IMG/VR virus record: IMGVR_UViG_3300033475_000112
Location: 1-32,415 of that record
DNA length: 32,415 bases
Direction: 5' to 3' (one strand)
Source of the DNA: a virus
Lineage: Duplodnaviria > Caudoviricetes
The position numbers were made by a program, and so were the translations under genes. The stretch's first letter is position 1, and every line of letters begins with the position of its first letter. The notes under the pieces are model-generated. The model saw only the letters and a program-made list of their open reading frames with translations. It had not been told where the DNA came from and made no database searches. Below are positions 17,844 to 26,433 of this stretch, piece by piece.

Positions 17844-18851
17844 TTATCTCCCTGGCCAGACGTTGTAGAGGTAGGGATTGGCGGGGCCGATATCAATGCC
17901 GCCCTGCGGAGCAACCGCGCTGCGATCGGGAATGAAGCCGCAATTGTCCGGCTCGCGATCGCCTTGCTTCATCGCCTGCTCCATGGCCAGCAGCCAGGAT
18001 TCATGCAGGCCGCGCGGGCCGTCGTACTGCGCGCGCATCTGCGGATTCGGACTCATCTTGTAGCAGCCTGCAATGAAGCCGGTGCGGAACCAATTGGCGT
18101 AATCGTCCGGAATCGGATTGATGAGCTGCGAGGGCACAGTGAAAGCCGGCGGGGCCTGCATCTGCGCCACCACGTTTACCTGGTAAACGACGCCTTGTTG
18201 CGGCGGCAGGGGCTTCAGTCGGAAGCCCTGGGAGTTCGGGCCGGCAACCGTCCAAACGCAGCTGCCATCGTTCACATTCGTTCCTTCGGGCGAATTCGCT
18301 GGCAGTGCGGGCGCCGCGAGCCCGGTCGTTCCGTAGGTCGTGAGCACCAGGATGTTGTTATTCACGTCGAGGATATTGATCGCTGGATTGGTGGGCGTGA
18401 TGACGGCGCCGAGCGGCTGCGTGTACTTCTGATTGGGGCCTGGCCAGACGCCTTGCACCAGCTGGTTATTCGGGTACCAGGCAATTTTCGAGGGCGGGTT
18501 GCCCGAGATCGACGTTACTTCGAGATCCCGGACAACTTCAATCGGATAGGTGGGCTTGGGGAGGGCAGTATTGTTGATGTCGATCCAATAGGCGTTTTCG
18601 AGCCATCCGATCGGGCTTGTCTGCGCCAGCTGCGCATAGTCCTGCTCCCAGCTCGAGGTATAGAACGGGCGCACCTTCATCCGATTCCATTTCCAATTGA
18701 AGCGCTGGGCAATCATGTCCAGCATCACATCGGTGGCGATGCCGAGCGCGGTGGTCATCGAATAGCCGCCTGTGGGGAGCACGGGTCCGAGCTCGCCCAT
18801 GGAGCTGACATAGTCGATGACCGATTGAACGCTGACTGTGGAGCTGCCCAT
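17844..18851 (-). CDS. Head-tail adaptor protein (paralog 1) with inserted module
   Basis: AAGGA SD; FNWKWNR and FRLKPLP...YQV...Q...P motifs shared with 16954-17658; synteny. Confidence 0.7.
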   Translation of the reverse strand: MGSSTVSVQSVIDYVSSMGELGPVLPTGGYSMTTALGIATDVMLDMIAQRFNWKWNRMKVRPFYTSSWEQDYAQLAQTSPIGWLENAYWIDINNTALPKPTYPIEVVRDLEVTSISGNPPSKIAWYPNNQLVQGVWPGPNQKYTQPLGAVITPTNPAINILDVNNNILVLTTYGTTGLAAPALPANSPEGTNVNDGSCVWTVAGPNSQGFRLKPLPPQQGVVYQVNVVAQMQAPPAFTVPSQLINPIPDDYANWFRTGFIAGCYKMSPNPQMRAQYDGPRGLHESWLLAMEQAMKQGDREPDNCGFIPDRSAVAPQGGIDIGPANPYLYNVWPGR

Positions 18852-18895
18852 CGTATCCTTCTTCCCGCTATAAGTAGGGGCTAACTAGCACCTAC

Positions 18896-19360
18896 TTATG
18901 CCGCCGGGATGACCTCGAAGATCTTCGATCCGGAGGGCGAATTGTCCGTCGGATATTCGAGCCACTTCTGCCATTCGGCCCACATCGCGTTATAGAGTTC
19001 GCGATTGGTTTTTCTCAGCTCAGGCCTGGGCTTCCACACTTCCTTGCCGCAACGGGTGCAGCTGATGCACATATCGCCGTTCGGGTAAGTGTTCTGATTG
19101 ATCGAGTAGTTGGCGTCCGAACCTTTGGCGAAATTGTTGTTACGGCCGCCCTTGCGGTGCTTGCAGATGGACTGCCGGCGTAGGCGTTCGCTCTCGCTCT
19201 TTTTGAAGTCCAGCGCCTGGCGCTCGCGATCGCGGGTGAGACGTTCTTTCTTCTCCTGCCGTTCACCCATCTCCTCGCGCATACGATCGATCTGCATGCG
19301 CTTGTATTCGAGCTCGATCGCCTCGAGCTCACTCAATTCAACTGTCTTCTTCGGTGCCAT
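18896..19360 (-). CDS. Hypothetical coiled-coil/Zn-binding protein
   Basis: AGGAG SD before the ATG at 19360 (MAPKK); charged helix followed by CKH...CxxCxxC. Confidence 0.7.
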   Translation of the reverse strand: MAPKKTVELSELEAIELEYKRMQIDRMREEMGERQEKKERLTRDRERQALDFKKSESERLRRQSICKHRKGGRNNNFAKGSDANYSINQNTYPNGDMCISCTRCGKEVWKPRPELRKTNRELYNAMWAEWQKWLEYPTDNSPSGSKIFEVIPAA

Positions 19361-19390
19361 TGCCAGGTCTCCTGCATGGTTATGCATGGA

Positions 19391-19419
19391 GGGGCCGTTT
19401 TTATGCAGCAAGCGGCCCC
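19391..19419 (-). promoter_or_regulatory. Stem-loop downstream of capsid gene
   Basis: GGGGCCG (19391-19397) pairs with CGGCCCC (19413-19419), 15-nt loop, no U-tract. May stabilise or process the mRNA. Confidence 0.35.
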
Positions 19420-19437
19420 CTGGATGCGGGTGAGGGT

Positions 19438-20610
19438 TTAGCTGATGAGTGTGGGAGCGTCGATGTAGCGCACACGCCCGACCGTGTCCGGAACCACTCC
19501 AACCGCGAAGTTGAAGTTGTAGGCCGTCGATCCGCCGATCATCATGGCCGGGTCGGAAACGCTGGCATCGTCGTAGCGCTTGGTGATGACCTTCAGATTC
19601 CGCCAGTCACCATCGCCCAGCTCAGTCATTTCCTTGGCGCCCATCGAAATGGTGATCACGCCATCCTTGCCGTAGATGTAGGTACGGAAAGCGGTCACGC
19701 CGGCATGGCCCAGGTAATTCAGGGTCTGGGTCACAATCGTGGTTTCGTAGAAACGCACGCCTGCCCATTCCAGGGCTTCTACATACTCACCCTCGCCGCC
19801 TGGCAGCTCCTTCAAGAGATCCACGCCCTCCATGTGCCGCTTCAGGACATCGGTGAAGGAATTGTTGGCCGCGTCGTTCAACGCATCGCCCCAGCAGAAT
19901 GGGGTGATCAGGCCGCAGAACTTTCCTTCTTCCATCGGCTTCACATTGCGCCCGCGCAGCGAGGCCACGGCCGAAGTGATGTTGTTTTTGTTGAAGGGCA
20001 CGTTGAAAGCGTTCTGCACGCTCACGCTGGCGTCGATCACATTCAACCCATCCGTGGTGTTCTTGATGAGATAGGCCACGGTCTGCGCGCACTGGTAGGC
20101 CAGCTCCTTGCCGCCGTTTTCAAGAGCGGGGTCGATGGCCAATTGCATGCTAAAGCGCGAATAGTTGAGGTAATCGGCGTAATTGCCGATGACAATCTTG
20201 TCCGTGAGGATGTTGATCGTCTCGCCGCTGGTGACGGTGCCTTCGGCGGCCTGGGCCAGATCCGGACCGAAGCTCACATATTCGAACAGGTTGAGCGTGT
20301 TGCCGGAATTCTCAGGCAGAGGCCTGCGCTCCACGCATCGATAGTGAGGCGTTTCGGCCTTCAGGTTTTCCACGAAATTCTTGTCGTAGTAATTGACCTG
20401 GGTCTGGGTGAGATTCGAGGTTTGGTTCGAGGCTGGCGAGTAGCCGGCGCCGAGCTGCGTCTGCTGGGCCAGGGCGCTGCCTTGTTCGTGGATCAAGAAG
20501 GCGATGGCTGATCCCCACATCGCCAACACATAGAGCACCGGCCGCAGAACCTTCTCTACGATCCAGTTTCTCCGCTGAAGGAATGTCTCATCCTTGCGAA
20601 TCGAAATCAT
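19438..20610 (-). CDS. Major capsid protein (N4-gp56-like, HK97 fold) with hydrophobic N-terminal leader
   Basis: LPENSGNTLNLFEY, EGTV.SG, YADYLNYS, WAGVRFYETT and TYIYGKDG motifs; size; position after the scaffold; GGGAG SD. Confidence 0.85.
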   Translation of the reverse strand: MISIRKDETFLQRRNWIVEKVLRPVLYVLAMWGSAIAFLIHEQGSALAQQTQLGAGYSPASNQTSNLTQTQVNYYDKNFVENLKAETPHYRCVERRPLPENSGNTLNLFEYVSFGPDLAQAAEGTVTSGETINILTDKIVIGNYADYLNYSRFSMQLAIDPALENGGKELAYQCAQTVAYLIKNTTDGLNVIDASVSVQNAFNVPFNKNNITSAVASLRGRNVKPMEEGKFCGLITPFCWGDALNDAANNSFTDVLKRHMEGVDLLKELPGGEGEYVEALEWAGVRFYETTIVTQTLNYLGHAGVTAFRTYIYGKDGVITISMGAKEMTELGDGDWRNLKVITKRYDDASVSDPAMMIGGSTAYNFNFAVGVVPDTVGRVRYIDAPTLIS

Positions 20611-20653
20611 GATGCCGCTCCCGACTTCGCGGGGCGGTCAGTCTTGCCTGGAT

Positions 20654-21541
20654 TTAGCTAGCCCGTCTTTTCGGTTTATTGTCTTGCTGAGCGTAAAACT
20701 CTGAACACCGCACAAACTCCGGGTCGGTGGTCATCAACCGTTTCATCGTAGGCGCGCTCATCTTGGCAATCTGCTCCCGCGAATATTTCATGCGATTGGT
20801 AGGCTTCGCCGGCGGCTGTCCGCTGAATTGACTGGGACGGACGCTGGTCGAAATCCGGGTGGGAGTCTTCGGTGGCGCGGGCGCGGGAGCATTCCGCTCG
20901 GGCTGCGGTTCCGGAGGCTGCGTTTCGGTTTCATCCTCTTCTTCGGGCTTTGGTTGCAGCAATTGGGCTGCGGTCAGCTCTTCAAAGGCCTGCTTGTAGT
21001 GAGCGAGATTGGTGGGATTCATGCCCTGGGTACGCATGTACCGGACCAGAGTGTTTTTGTTGTGCTCGGAGGGAAACCATTCTGGCGTCTCCTCCGCGAA
21101 CTGGGTGGCTGCTGCGATCGCCGCGCGGCTGATGCGTTCCTCGCGGTCCGCCGGCGCGTTTTCGGTCGCCTGGCGTAAATTCTCCATCGGTCCAACCTGG
21201 GACTCGATGATTCTGGTAACGGCCCTGTCGACGGTGGCCGGATCATTCAGCTCGGCCACCGCTGTCATGCGATCGGCCGCGGTCAGAGGCTTGGGGGCGC
21301 CAGGCCTGGGAGCAGGGGGGGTGTTGCCAGGCCCGGCGCCGTTGCCTCCGTTGTTACGCCTGAGTTCGGCGATGCGCCGGTTGGCGTTCGCCTGAGAATC
21401 GGCCAGGGCTTCGGCAATCTGATCCTTGGTGCCACGGAATACGGAAATGGGTACGCCGTCCGTCGGATCGTCCGAGGTGACGGTGAGCTTCCATTGCGGT
21501 ACGCCGTTTTTCGGCGCCAACTCTTCCCATTGCTTCGGCAT
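20654..21541 (-). CDS. Capsid scaffolding protein, putative
   Basis: Directly upstream of the capsid gene; helical with Pro/acidic linkers and a short C-terminal helical motif (YSREQIAKMS...DPEF); GAGGA SD. Confidence 0.65.
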   Translation of the reverse strand: MPKQWEELAPKNGVPQWKLTVTSDDPTDGVPISVFRGTKDQIAEALADSQANANRRIAELRRNNGGNGAGPGNTPPAPRPGAPKPLTAADRMTAVAELNDPATVDRAVTRIIESQVGPMENLRQATENAPADREERISRAAIAAATQFAEETPEWFPSEHNKNTLVRYMRTQGMNPTNLAHYKQAFEELTAAQLLQPKPEEEDETETQPPEPQPERNAPAPAPPKTPTRISTSVRPSQFSGQPPAKPTNRMKYSREQIAKMSAPTMKRLMTTDPEFVRCSEFYAQQDNKPKRRAS

Positions 21542-21544
21542 GGC

Positions 21545-21901
21545 CTATTCCTCTGGCAATGATCCTATTCCCTGAATCACGTCATCCAAACTAGCTTCCT
21601 GTGGAAGCTGCTCATCATCACCAGTCCTGGTGCTGTAAGCATTAAACACTTGTTTTTGTACGTACGTGAAGAATAACCAAGCTGCCTTGGCCATGCAATG
21701 GCCTCCGAGCACGGCTTCGGGGTCGCCGGCCGAGGTATTGAAATGTGCCGTTTCGAGCTCGATGCAGGCCCGCTCCATCACATCCAGAAGCGCTTGATAA
21801 CGCTCATCCTGGTAGAGCTGAGCGATCATGCCCTGGGCTTCCGGTGAGACTACAACTTCCGTAACTTTGAGCGTGCGCGTGGTGCGGATCTTCAGTTCCA
21901 C
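21545..21901 (-). CDS. Small helical head-module protein (118 aa)
   Basis: C-terminal part of the 201-aa track ORF; GTG at 21901 with GAGG SD. Podoviruses often have a small gene between portal and scaffold. Confidence 0.6.
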   Translation of the reverse strand: MELKIRTTRTLKVTEVVVSPEAQGMIAQLYQDERYQALLDVMERACIELETAHFNTSAGDPEAVLGGHCMAKAAWLFFTYVQKQVFNAYSTRTGDDEQLPQEASLDDVIQGIGSLPEE

Positions 21902-22188
21902 GTATGCCTCATCCGCGCCCGCTGGCGGTTGATGTAGTCGATGCCCTTTTTCGCGCGCATCAGCATGATGAAGTTGTTTGGCTCTTTCTGAAGGAAATCG
22001 GAAAGGGTTTCGCGCGATGCTCTCTCTAAGGCGAGCGCGGGCGTGAATTGCAGGATGGTTCCGCAATTCAGGCAGACCGTCAGGTCGCCGGGATCCGGAC
22101 CGCCAGCGTTCCCTGTCACCTTGGTGGCGGCGTCCAGCTCGTGACGGCATTGCGGACAGGATGTGAGGTTATGCCGGTACGTTTCCAT
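21892..22188 (-). CDS. Zn-ribbon protein
   Basis: CPQC...CLNC pair; overlaps both neighbours by a few codons. Confidence 0.65.
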   Translation of the reverse strand: METYRHNLTSCPQCRHELDAATKVTGNAGGPDPGDLTVCLNCGTILQFTPALALERASRETLSDFLQKEPNNFIMLMRAKKGIDYINRQRARMRHTWN

Positions 22189-22408
22189 GCTCGTCTTCTT
22201 TCGGTACCCAGTACGGCGTGTAGTTGGGATTGCCTTCGTTGATTTTGTTCATCAAACGGAGGCAGGTATAGGAAAGCCTGGTCATTTTCTCTTTGGTCGC
22301 TGTGCCCATGGCCATGCCCAGCAGAAACAGCAGGCTCTCGTATTCGGCTTGCGTGAGGGTGACACTGAGGCTGACTGTCTGGTTTTCGTAATCGATCGTG
22401 ACGCCCAT
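22169..22408 (-). CDS. Hypothetical protein (79 aa)
   Basis: ATG at 22408 overlaps the upstream TGA (TGATG); contains the hydrophobic helix LLFLLGMAMG. Confidence 0.55.
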   Translation of the reverse strand: MGVTIDYENQTVSLSVTLTQAEYESLLFLLGMAMGTATKEKMTRLSYTCLRLMNKINEGNPNYTPYWVPKEDEHGNVPA

Positions 22409-22656
22409 CAGGCAATACCCCGCATCTTCACTGGCCCGCGTTCCTTGGCCAGGCATTCGGGATTACTGCAAACCGTTTGCTCCGCGTTGGCCCAGCTGCA
22501 GGTTTCATCTCCAAGGAAGCCTAGGCCGGTGCAGGCGTTGAATTCCGAGCATCCGCAATGTTTGCAAATGCCGCGGTAGCCAGGTTTGCGTTTCGCCAGC
22601 TCGAGCGCGGCTGAGCGATCAAGCGGAATCGTCCGCTGCGGTGGTTTTTTGCTCAT
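22408..22656 (-). CDS. Cys-rich small protein
   Basis: CKHCGC..NAC...CSW...CSNPEC; GGAG SD before the ATG at 22656 (alternative start 22680). Confidence 0.65.
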   Translation of the reverse strand: MSKKPPQRTIPLDRSAALELAKRKPGYRGICKHCGCSEFNACTGLGFLGDETCSWANAEQTVCSNPECLAKERGPVKMRGIA

Positions 22657-22855
22657 GGTCAACTCCAGGAATGGTTTCATGTGGCCGGCCGATAATCTGA
22701 TCCATCAGAATGCGCGGCCGATATTCTTTGAGCACTTCAGGGCATCTGGGATTCACACACTGCCAGGTCATCTCCCCTTCGGGATTCTCCATCAGATGGC
22801 CGCAACGGCCGCATGTGATCGAATCGATGACAACCCGGTGACCGGCTCCGCTCAT
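22619..22855 (-). CDS. Zn-ribbon small protein
   Basis: CGRCG...CVNPRC; GGAGG SD overlapping the end of the portal gene. Confidence 0.6.
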   Translation of the reverse strand: MSGAGHRVVIDSITCGRCGHLMENPEGEMTWQCVNPRCPEVLKEYRPRILMDQIIGRPHETIPGVDHEQKTTAADDSA

Positions 22856-22858
22856 ACT

Positions 22859-25003
22859 TCAACCTCCCTCCGGCGCGAATACACTTTGCTCGATCGCAGT
22901 CCGGTCCCATTTGCGTTCATCCCAGAGCGCGGCTTCGTCTGAAGCTTTGCCCAGCATTTCCTTGGCCAGGTCCGCTTCCTTCGATTGATCGATCTCCGCG
23001 GCCTTGGCGTTGTGGCGCGCCCCGATCGCGGCGAGCTGGCCCTGCACACGCTGCACGCCTGGATTGTTCTGCTGGTACTTCTGTGACTCTTGCGGGGTCA
23101 TCGGCCGGATGAGTTCGCGCGCATCCTTCCATTCGCTGACTTCCATGAACATCTCGAGGAGCAGCTTGACGTCGACCATGTAGCCCATGGCGTTGAGCTG
23201 CTGCACCAGTGGCGCATTCTCGAAAATCTGCACCATGAGCGGAAGCGCCTGGGCCATGGCTTTCTTGGCTGCCAGCTTCGCGCCGGCCAGGCAATCGAAC
23301 ATATCCTCGGACTCATAGAAGTTCTGCGCGTCGAGTTCAAACGCATCGCCCAGCTCGCGGCCCAGGATCTCGCGAATCTTGGCCGGCGTCATACGATCCT
23401 TCACCAGGAAATCGATGAGCTCGATAAGGGGCAGAAGTATCCCTTTGACAAAGTGGCCTACAGGTCCCTGGATCTTGCCCGCGTTCGCTGCGATGATGCC
23501 GCCGGCGCCGGTCGCGGTCCTCGCCGCCGAGCTACCGCCCTTGCCAGGCAGGCTGCCCTGGGTGAATGCTTCATCCGCGCCCGTGGTCGATTGCGCATTC
23601 TGCGCCGCGGCCTGCAGGACGGTGAAGACTTCGGGCGGCGTTTTCGGCATTTCGATAATGCCGAATGCATCGCGCACGCTCTGGCCGGCCTTGGTATCCA
23701 CGTCGACGATGCCGCCCAGCCTCATGCGGATTTGCTGGGTGGGCGCGTTGGCGCCGCGATCGCGCGCGTACATCGGATTGATAGCGAAGCTCAAAAGGTC
23801 TAAAACGGCGTCCACTAAACCTTTTTCGATGCGCTGGTCGCTTCCGGCCAGGCGGCCCACGCCTATGCCGTACCCCGCCTTGGGAATGTTCCAGAAATTT
23901 GCGGAGAAGTAAGGAATGCAGGGCAGGTTGTGTTCCTGGCTGCGAATCAGCAGGCCGGTGATTCCGTCCGTGGTGAGAATCGTGTGGATGTAGCTGCGAT
24001 CATGCCGCTCGGCCATCATGATGGGTGCTTCGAGAGGATCGGCTGAGCTGACTTCCTCTTCGTTCTGCGCGTGGTGGATGGCGTAGTTCTGGCCGCCCAG
24101 GTTCTGCATCACCTGGCTGGGATTCGCGGCGTTCTGATCGCGGTGGGCGAAGAAAAAGGCCTTCAGCTCCTCTTCGCTCGGTATGTCATAGCCGCCGATC
24201 TGTTTGCCGTCCTCATCGAATTCCTTTTCCTCGCGCAGGTCATCGAGATCCTTGAAAGTCGGATAGCTGATGTGGATGACATACTTGGCTGACTTGTGCA
24301 GCGCGTTCGGTTTCTTCCAGGTTGGATCCACGAGCACGGATCCGAGATCGCAGCGCTCGAAGAAAATGCCTTCCTTCGTGACTTCAGTGTCGGTCACCAC
24401 GCGCTCATCGGATTCTTTGGTGTGAATGGTGAGCTTGCCGCCGAAGGGAAGTGTTTGCGTGATGGGCGCCTGCTTGGGGCTGCGCACCTTTTTCACTTTC
24501 GTTTCGCGTGTCCAGCCGGCTTTGACGATGACGGTGCCAAAGTTCGTCATGTCCTCAAGCGCCAGCTCTGCCTCGGCCTCGAAATCCGCATCGTCAAGCA
24601 GTGTCCCGTAGAGCGTAGTTTTCGCGCGCGCGGTGGTTTGGGAAGTCGCAGGCCTCGGCCTCAGCAGGAAAGGCGGATTCTCGTAAAAGATGCCGCTCTT
24701 CATCGCCGGTACCAGCGAGTTCACATGCTTGGCGACGGTGAAGCGGGAGATATTGGCGCGGGCAACCGTGGATCCTTCGAAGGACTGGTTGGTGCGCGGC
24801 GACTGGTAAAGTACATCGGCTTCGCGCCAGTGTAGGTTCCACTGCTTTTGATCGAGGTAGGTTTTCGCGCGCTGCAGGTCCTGGATCACCAGCGCCACGG
24901 CCGCATCATCGGTGTACTTCGGATCCAAGCCAGGGCCTTGCAGCTCGACATCGGATCGCTCGATGATCGCCTGCCCATTCACTGCTCCCGCCAATGTCGC
25001 CAT
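22859..25003 (-). CDS. Portal protein
   Basis: 714 aa between terL and scaffold; YGIGVG, ARTATGA and Gln-rich C-terminal barrel typical of podovirus portals; GGGAG SD. Confidence 0.88.
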   Translation of the reverse strand: MATLAGAVNGQAIIERSDVELQGPGLDPKYTDDAAVALVIQDLQRAKTYLDQKQWNLHWREADVLYQSPRTNQSFEGSTVARANISRFTVAKHVNSLVPAMKSGIFYENPPFLLRPRPATSQTTARAKTTLYGTLLDDADFEAEAELALEDMTNFGTVIVKAGWTRETKVKKVRSPKQAPITQTLPFGGKLTIHTKESDERVVTDTEVTKEGIFFERCDLGSVLVDPTWKKPNALHKSAKYVIHISYPTFKDLDDLREEKEFDEDGKQIGGYDIPSEEELKAFFFAHRDQNAANPSQVMQNLGGQNYAIHHAQNEEEVSSADPLEAPIMMAERHDRSYIHTILTTDGITGLLIRSQEHNLPCIPYFSANFWNIPKAGYGIGVGRLAGSDQRIEKGLVDAVLDLLSFAINPMYARDRGANAPTQQIRMRLGGIVDVDTKAGQSVRDAFGIIEMPKTPPEVFTVLQAAAQNAQSTTGADEAFTQGSLPGKGGSSAARTATGAGGIIAANAGKIQGPVGHFVKGILLPLIELIDFLVKDRMTPAKIREILGRELGDAFELDAQNFYESEDMFDCLAGAKLAAKKAMAQALPLMVQIFENAPLVQQLNAMGYMVDVKLLLEMFMEVSEWKDARELIRPMTPQESQKYQQNNPGVQRVQGQLAAIGARHNAKAAEIDQSKEADLAKEMLGKASDEAALWDERKWDRTAIEQSVFAPEGG

Positions 25004-25017
25004 GCGCCTAGCTCCCT

Positions 25018-25374
25018 TCAGTAGCCTGCATCATCGCGTGAATAACTACGTGAACTCAAGGCACGTGCTTCTCCTGGAGTTCCATCGATGCCCGGTAGCA
25101 GCTCTTTGACCATCTGCTCAGAGATTGGAGTGATGCTGTAGATTGCTGCCAGCCCAAAATATCTTGTGAAGCCTTCGCGGATGACTTTGCCTGACGAGGT
25201 TAAGTCCGGAACATCTACGCGAAACAACACGCCGCTGCCAAAGGCCTGTTGAGATAGAAAGCCGACTATTCTCTGGTGACCGAATAACTCAACAAGCGCC
25301 CAGGATTTGAGGTCAGTAGTCGGCGATTCTTCACTTTGCGGCAAGAGAACAAGCTGGTTGGCTTCTTTGATCAT
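25018..25374 (-). CDS. Conserved phage hypothetical protein
   Basis: WALVELFGH...RVDVP...AIYSITP pattern recalled from small phage proteins of unknown function; GAGG SD and ATGA overlap. Confidence 0.7.
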   Translation of the reverse strand: MIKEANQLVLLPQSEESPTTDLKSWALVELFGHQRIVGFLSQQAFGSGVLFRVDVPDLTSSGKVIREGFTRYFGLAAIYSITPISEQMVKELLPGIDGTPGEARALSSRSYSRDDAGY

Positions 25375-25727
25375 TGTTTCGCTGCCTCAATCTCTGCGCA
25401 GTGTCCGCAATCAGCGTCAGACAAATTGCTGATTTGTGTTTCACATAGAAGGCCAGCTGGATCGTACACAACAGGATTTGTGGTTTCAGATAGCACATGG
25501 CCACAGCCATAGTGCGTCACGGTTGTCGTCCCAGGCCTTTTCTTCATCGGCTCCGGAATCACAGCGATGCCAGTCATATCGATGGGGCCGCGTCCGTGCT
25601 CCTTCGAATCGCCTACTTCGAAGGCGTGCGAGTAGCCTGCAGCGAATAGTTTCGCGCGGATCTCCCTGTAGGCCGGCTCGCAGACCTCGAGTTTCACATA
25701 GGTGTGCGTAGTTCGCAGGCCCATCAC
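25371..25727 (-). CDS. Hypothetical phage protein with C-terminal Cys cluster
   Basis: THTY..LEV...AY.EIR.KL..AGY.HAF...IDM.GIA N-terminal part; CGH...C...CGHC C-terminal part; overlaps both neighbours by 4 nt. Confidence 0.65.
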   Translation of the reverse strand: MMGLRTTHTYVKLEVCEPAYREIRAKLFAAGYSHAFEVGDSKEHGRGPIDMTGIAVIPEPMKKRPGTTTVTHYGCGHVLSETTNPVVYDPAGLLCETQISNLSDADCGHCAEIEAAKQ

Positions 25728-25945
25728 ACCTTCCCATTCAATGCGACTGCGGCATTGGCCGTCATCACAGCCTCGCGCACCAGGCGAATCGCGGCCTGCT
25801 GATCGGCGCAGGTTGGTGTGTTTTCGAGAATCGAGAAAGCAAGATCTGCGCCCGCGTTCCGGATGGCCACGTATTGCGCCTTTTGTGCTTCAGTCGGCGC
25901 GTGATATGTGAAAATGTCATTCAGGTTTTCTTTGGTAACTGGCAT
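25724..25945 (-). CDS. Acb2/Tad1-like helical hairpin protein (putative nucleotide-signal sponge)
   Basis: FTYHAP...Y..IR...LA..I...P...AI..VREAVMTANAAVA matches my recollection of the Acb2/Tad1 hairpin-domain pattern; GGAGG SD. Confidence 0.65.
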   Translation of the reverse strand: MPVTKENLNDIFTYHAPTEAQKAQYVAIRNAGADLAFSILENTPTCADQQAAIRLVREAVMTANAAVALNGKV

Positions 25946-26433
25946 TATTCAAACCTCCGGAGGATCACCTTTGCCAAACTCAGGGCCTGTTCTTTCGTCA
26001 ATTGCACACATCCCTCCGGATACTGCGTAACTTCGAACTGCTTGATTTCCCCGGCCGGTGTGAGAATAACTTTTGAGGAAGAAACACTGATTGGCTCGTC
26101 GGCGCGCTCCGGCTGCCCAAGTAATGTGTATCCATCCTCGAAAGCTTTCGCCGGCGAAAAAGAAGTGTAGTGGTCTTCGTAAATGACCAGGTATCCACCA
26201 GGCTCGGGCTTGAACCGTTGTACCCATGCATCTGACATATAAACAAGCCAGTGCAGGTCCTCCCACTGAAGATGAACCCGGTTTGATCTCATTTCTGCCG
26301 GATCGCTGACACATGCGGGCCGGTGTGTGATTTCGACAATCTTGGCTGCGCCAACGACCTTATGGCATTTCCACGCCGGTAGTTCGGGTAGCTCGCCATT
26401 TATCGCGTCTATGAGGCGTTCTTCACTATTCAT
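25945..26433 (-). CDS. Conserved phage protein (CHKVV.A.KI...GGY.V.YED.Y.SFSP...FE.GY family)
   Basis: Motif visible in the translation; ATGA overlap with the terL stop. Confidence 0.7.
   Translation of the reverse strand: MNSEERLIDAINGELPELPAWKCHKVVGAAKIVEITHRPACVSDPAEMRSNRVHLQWEDLHWLVYMSDAWVQRFKPEPGGYLVIYEDHYTSFSPAKAFEDGYTLLGQPERADEPISVSSSKVILTPAGEIKQFEVTQYPEGCVQLTKEQALSLAKVILRRFE

Noticed and set aside
19361-19460. T7 10A/10B-style frameshift extension of the capsid protein
   Set aside because: No slippery sequence before the capsid stop, and the next gene has its own SD and ATG at 19360.
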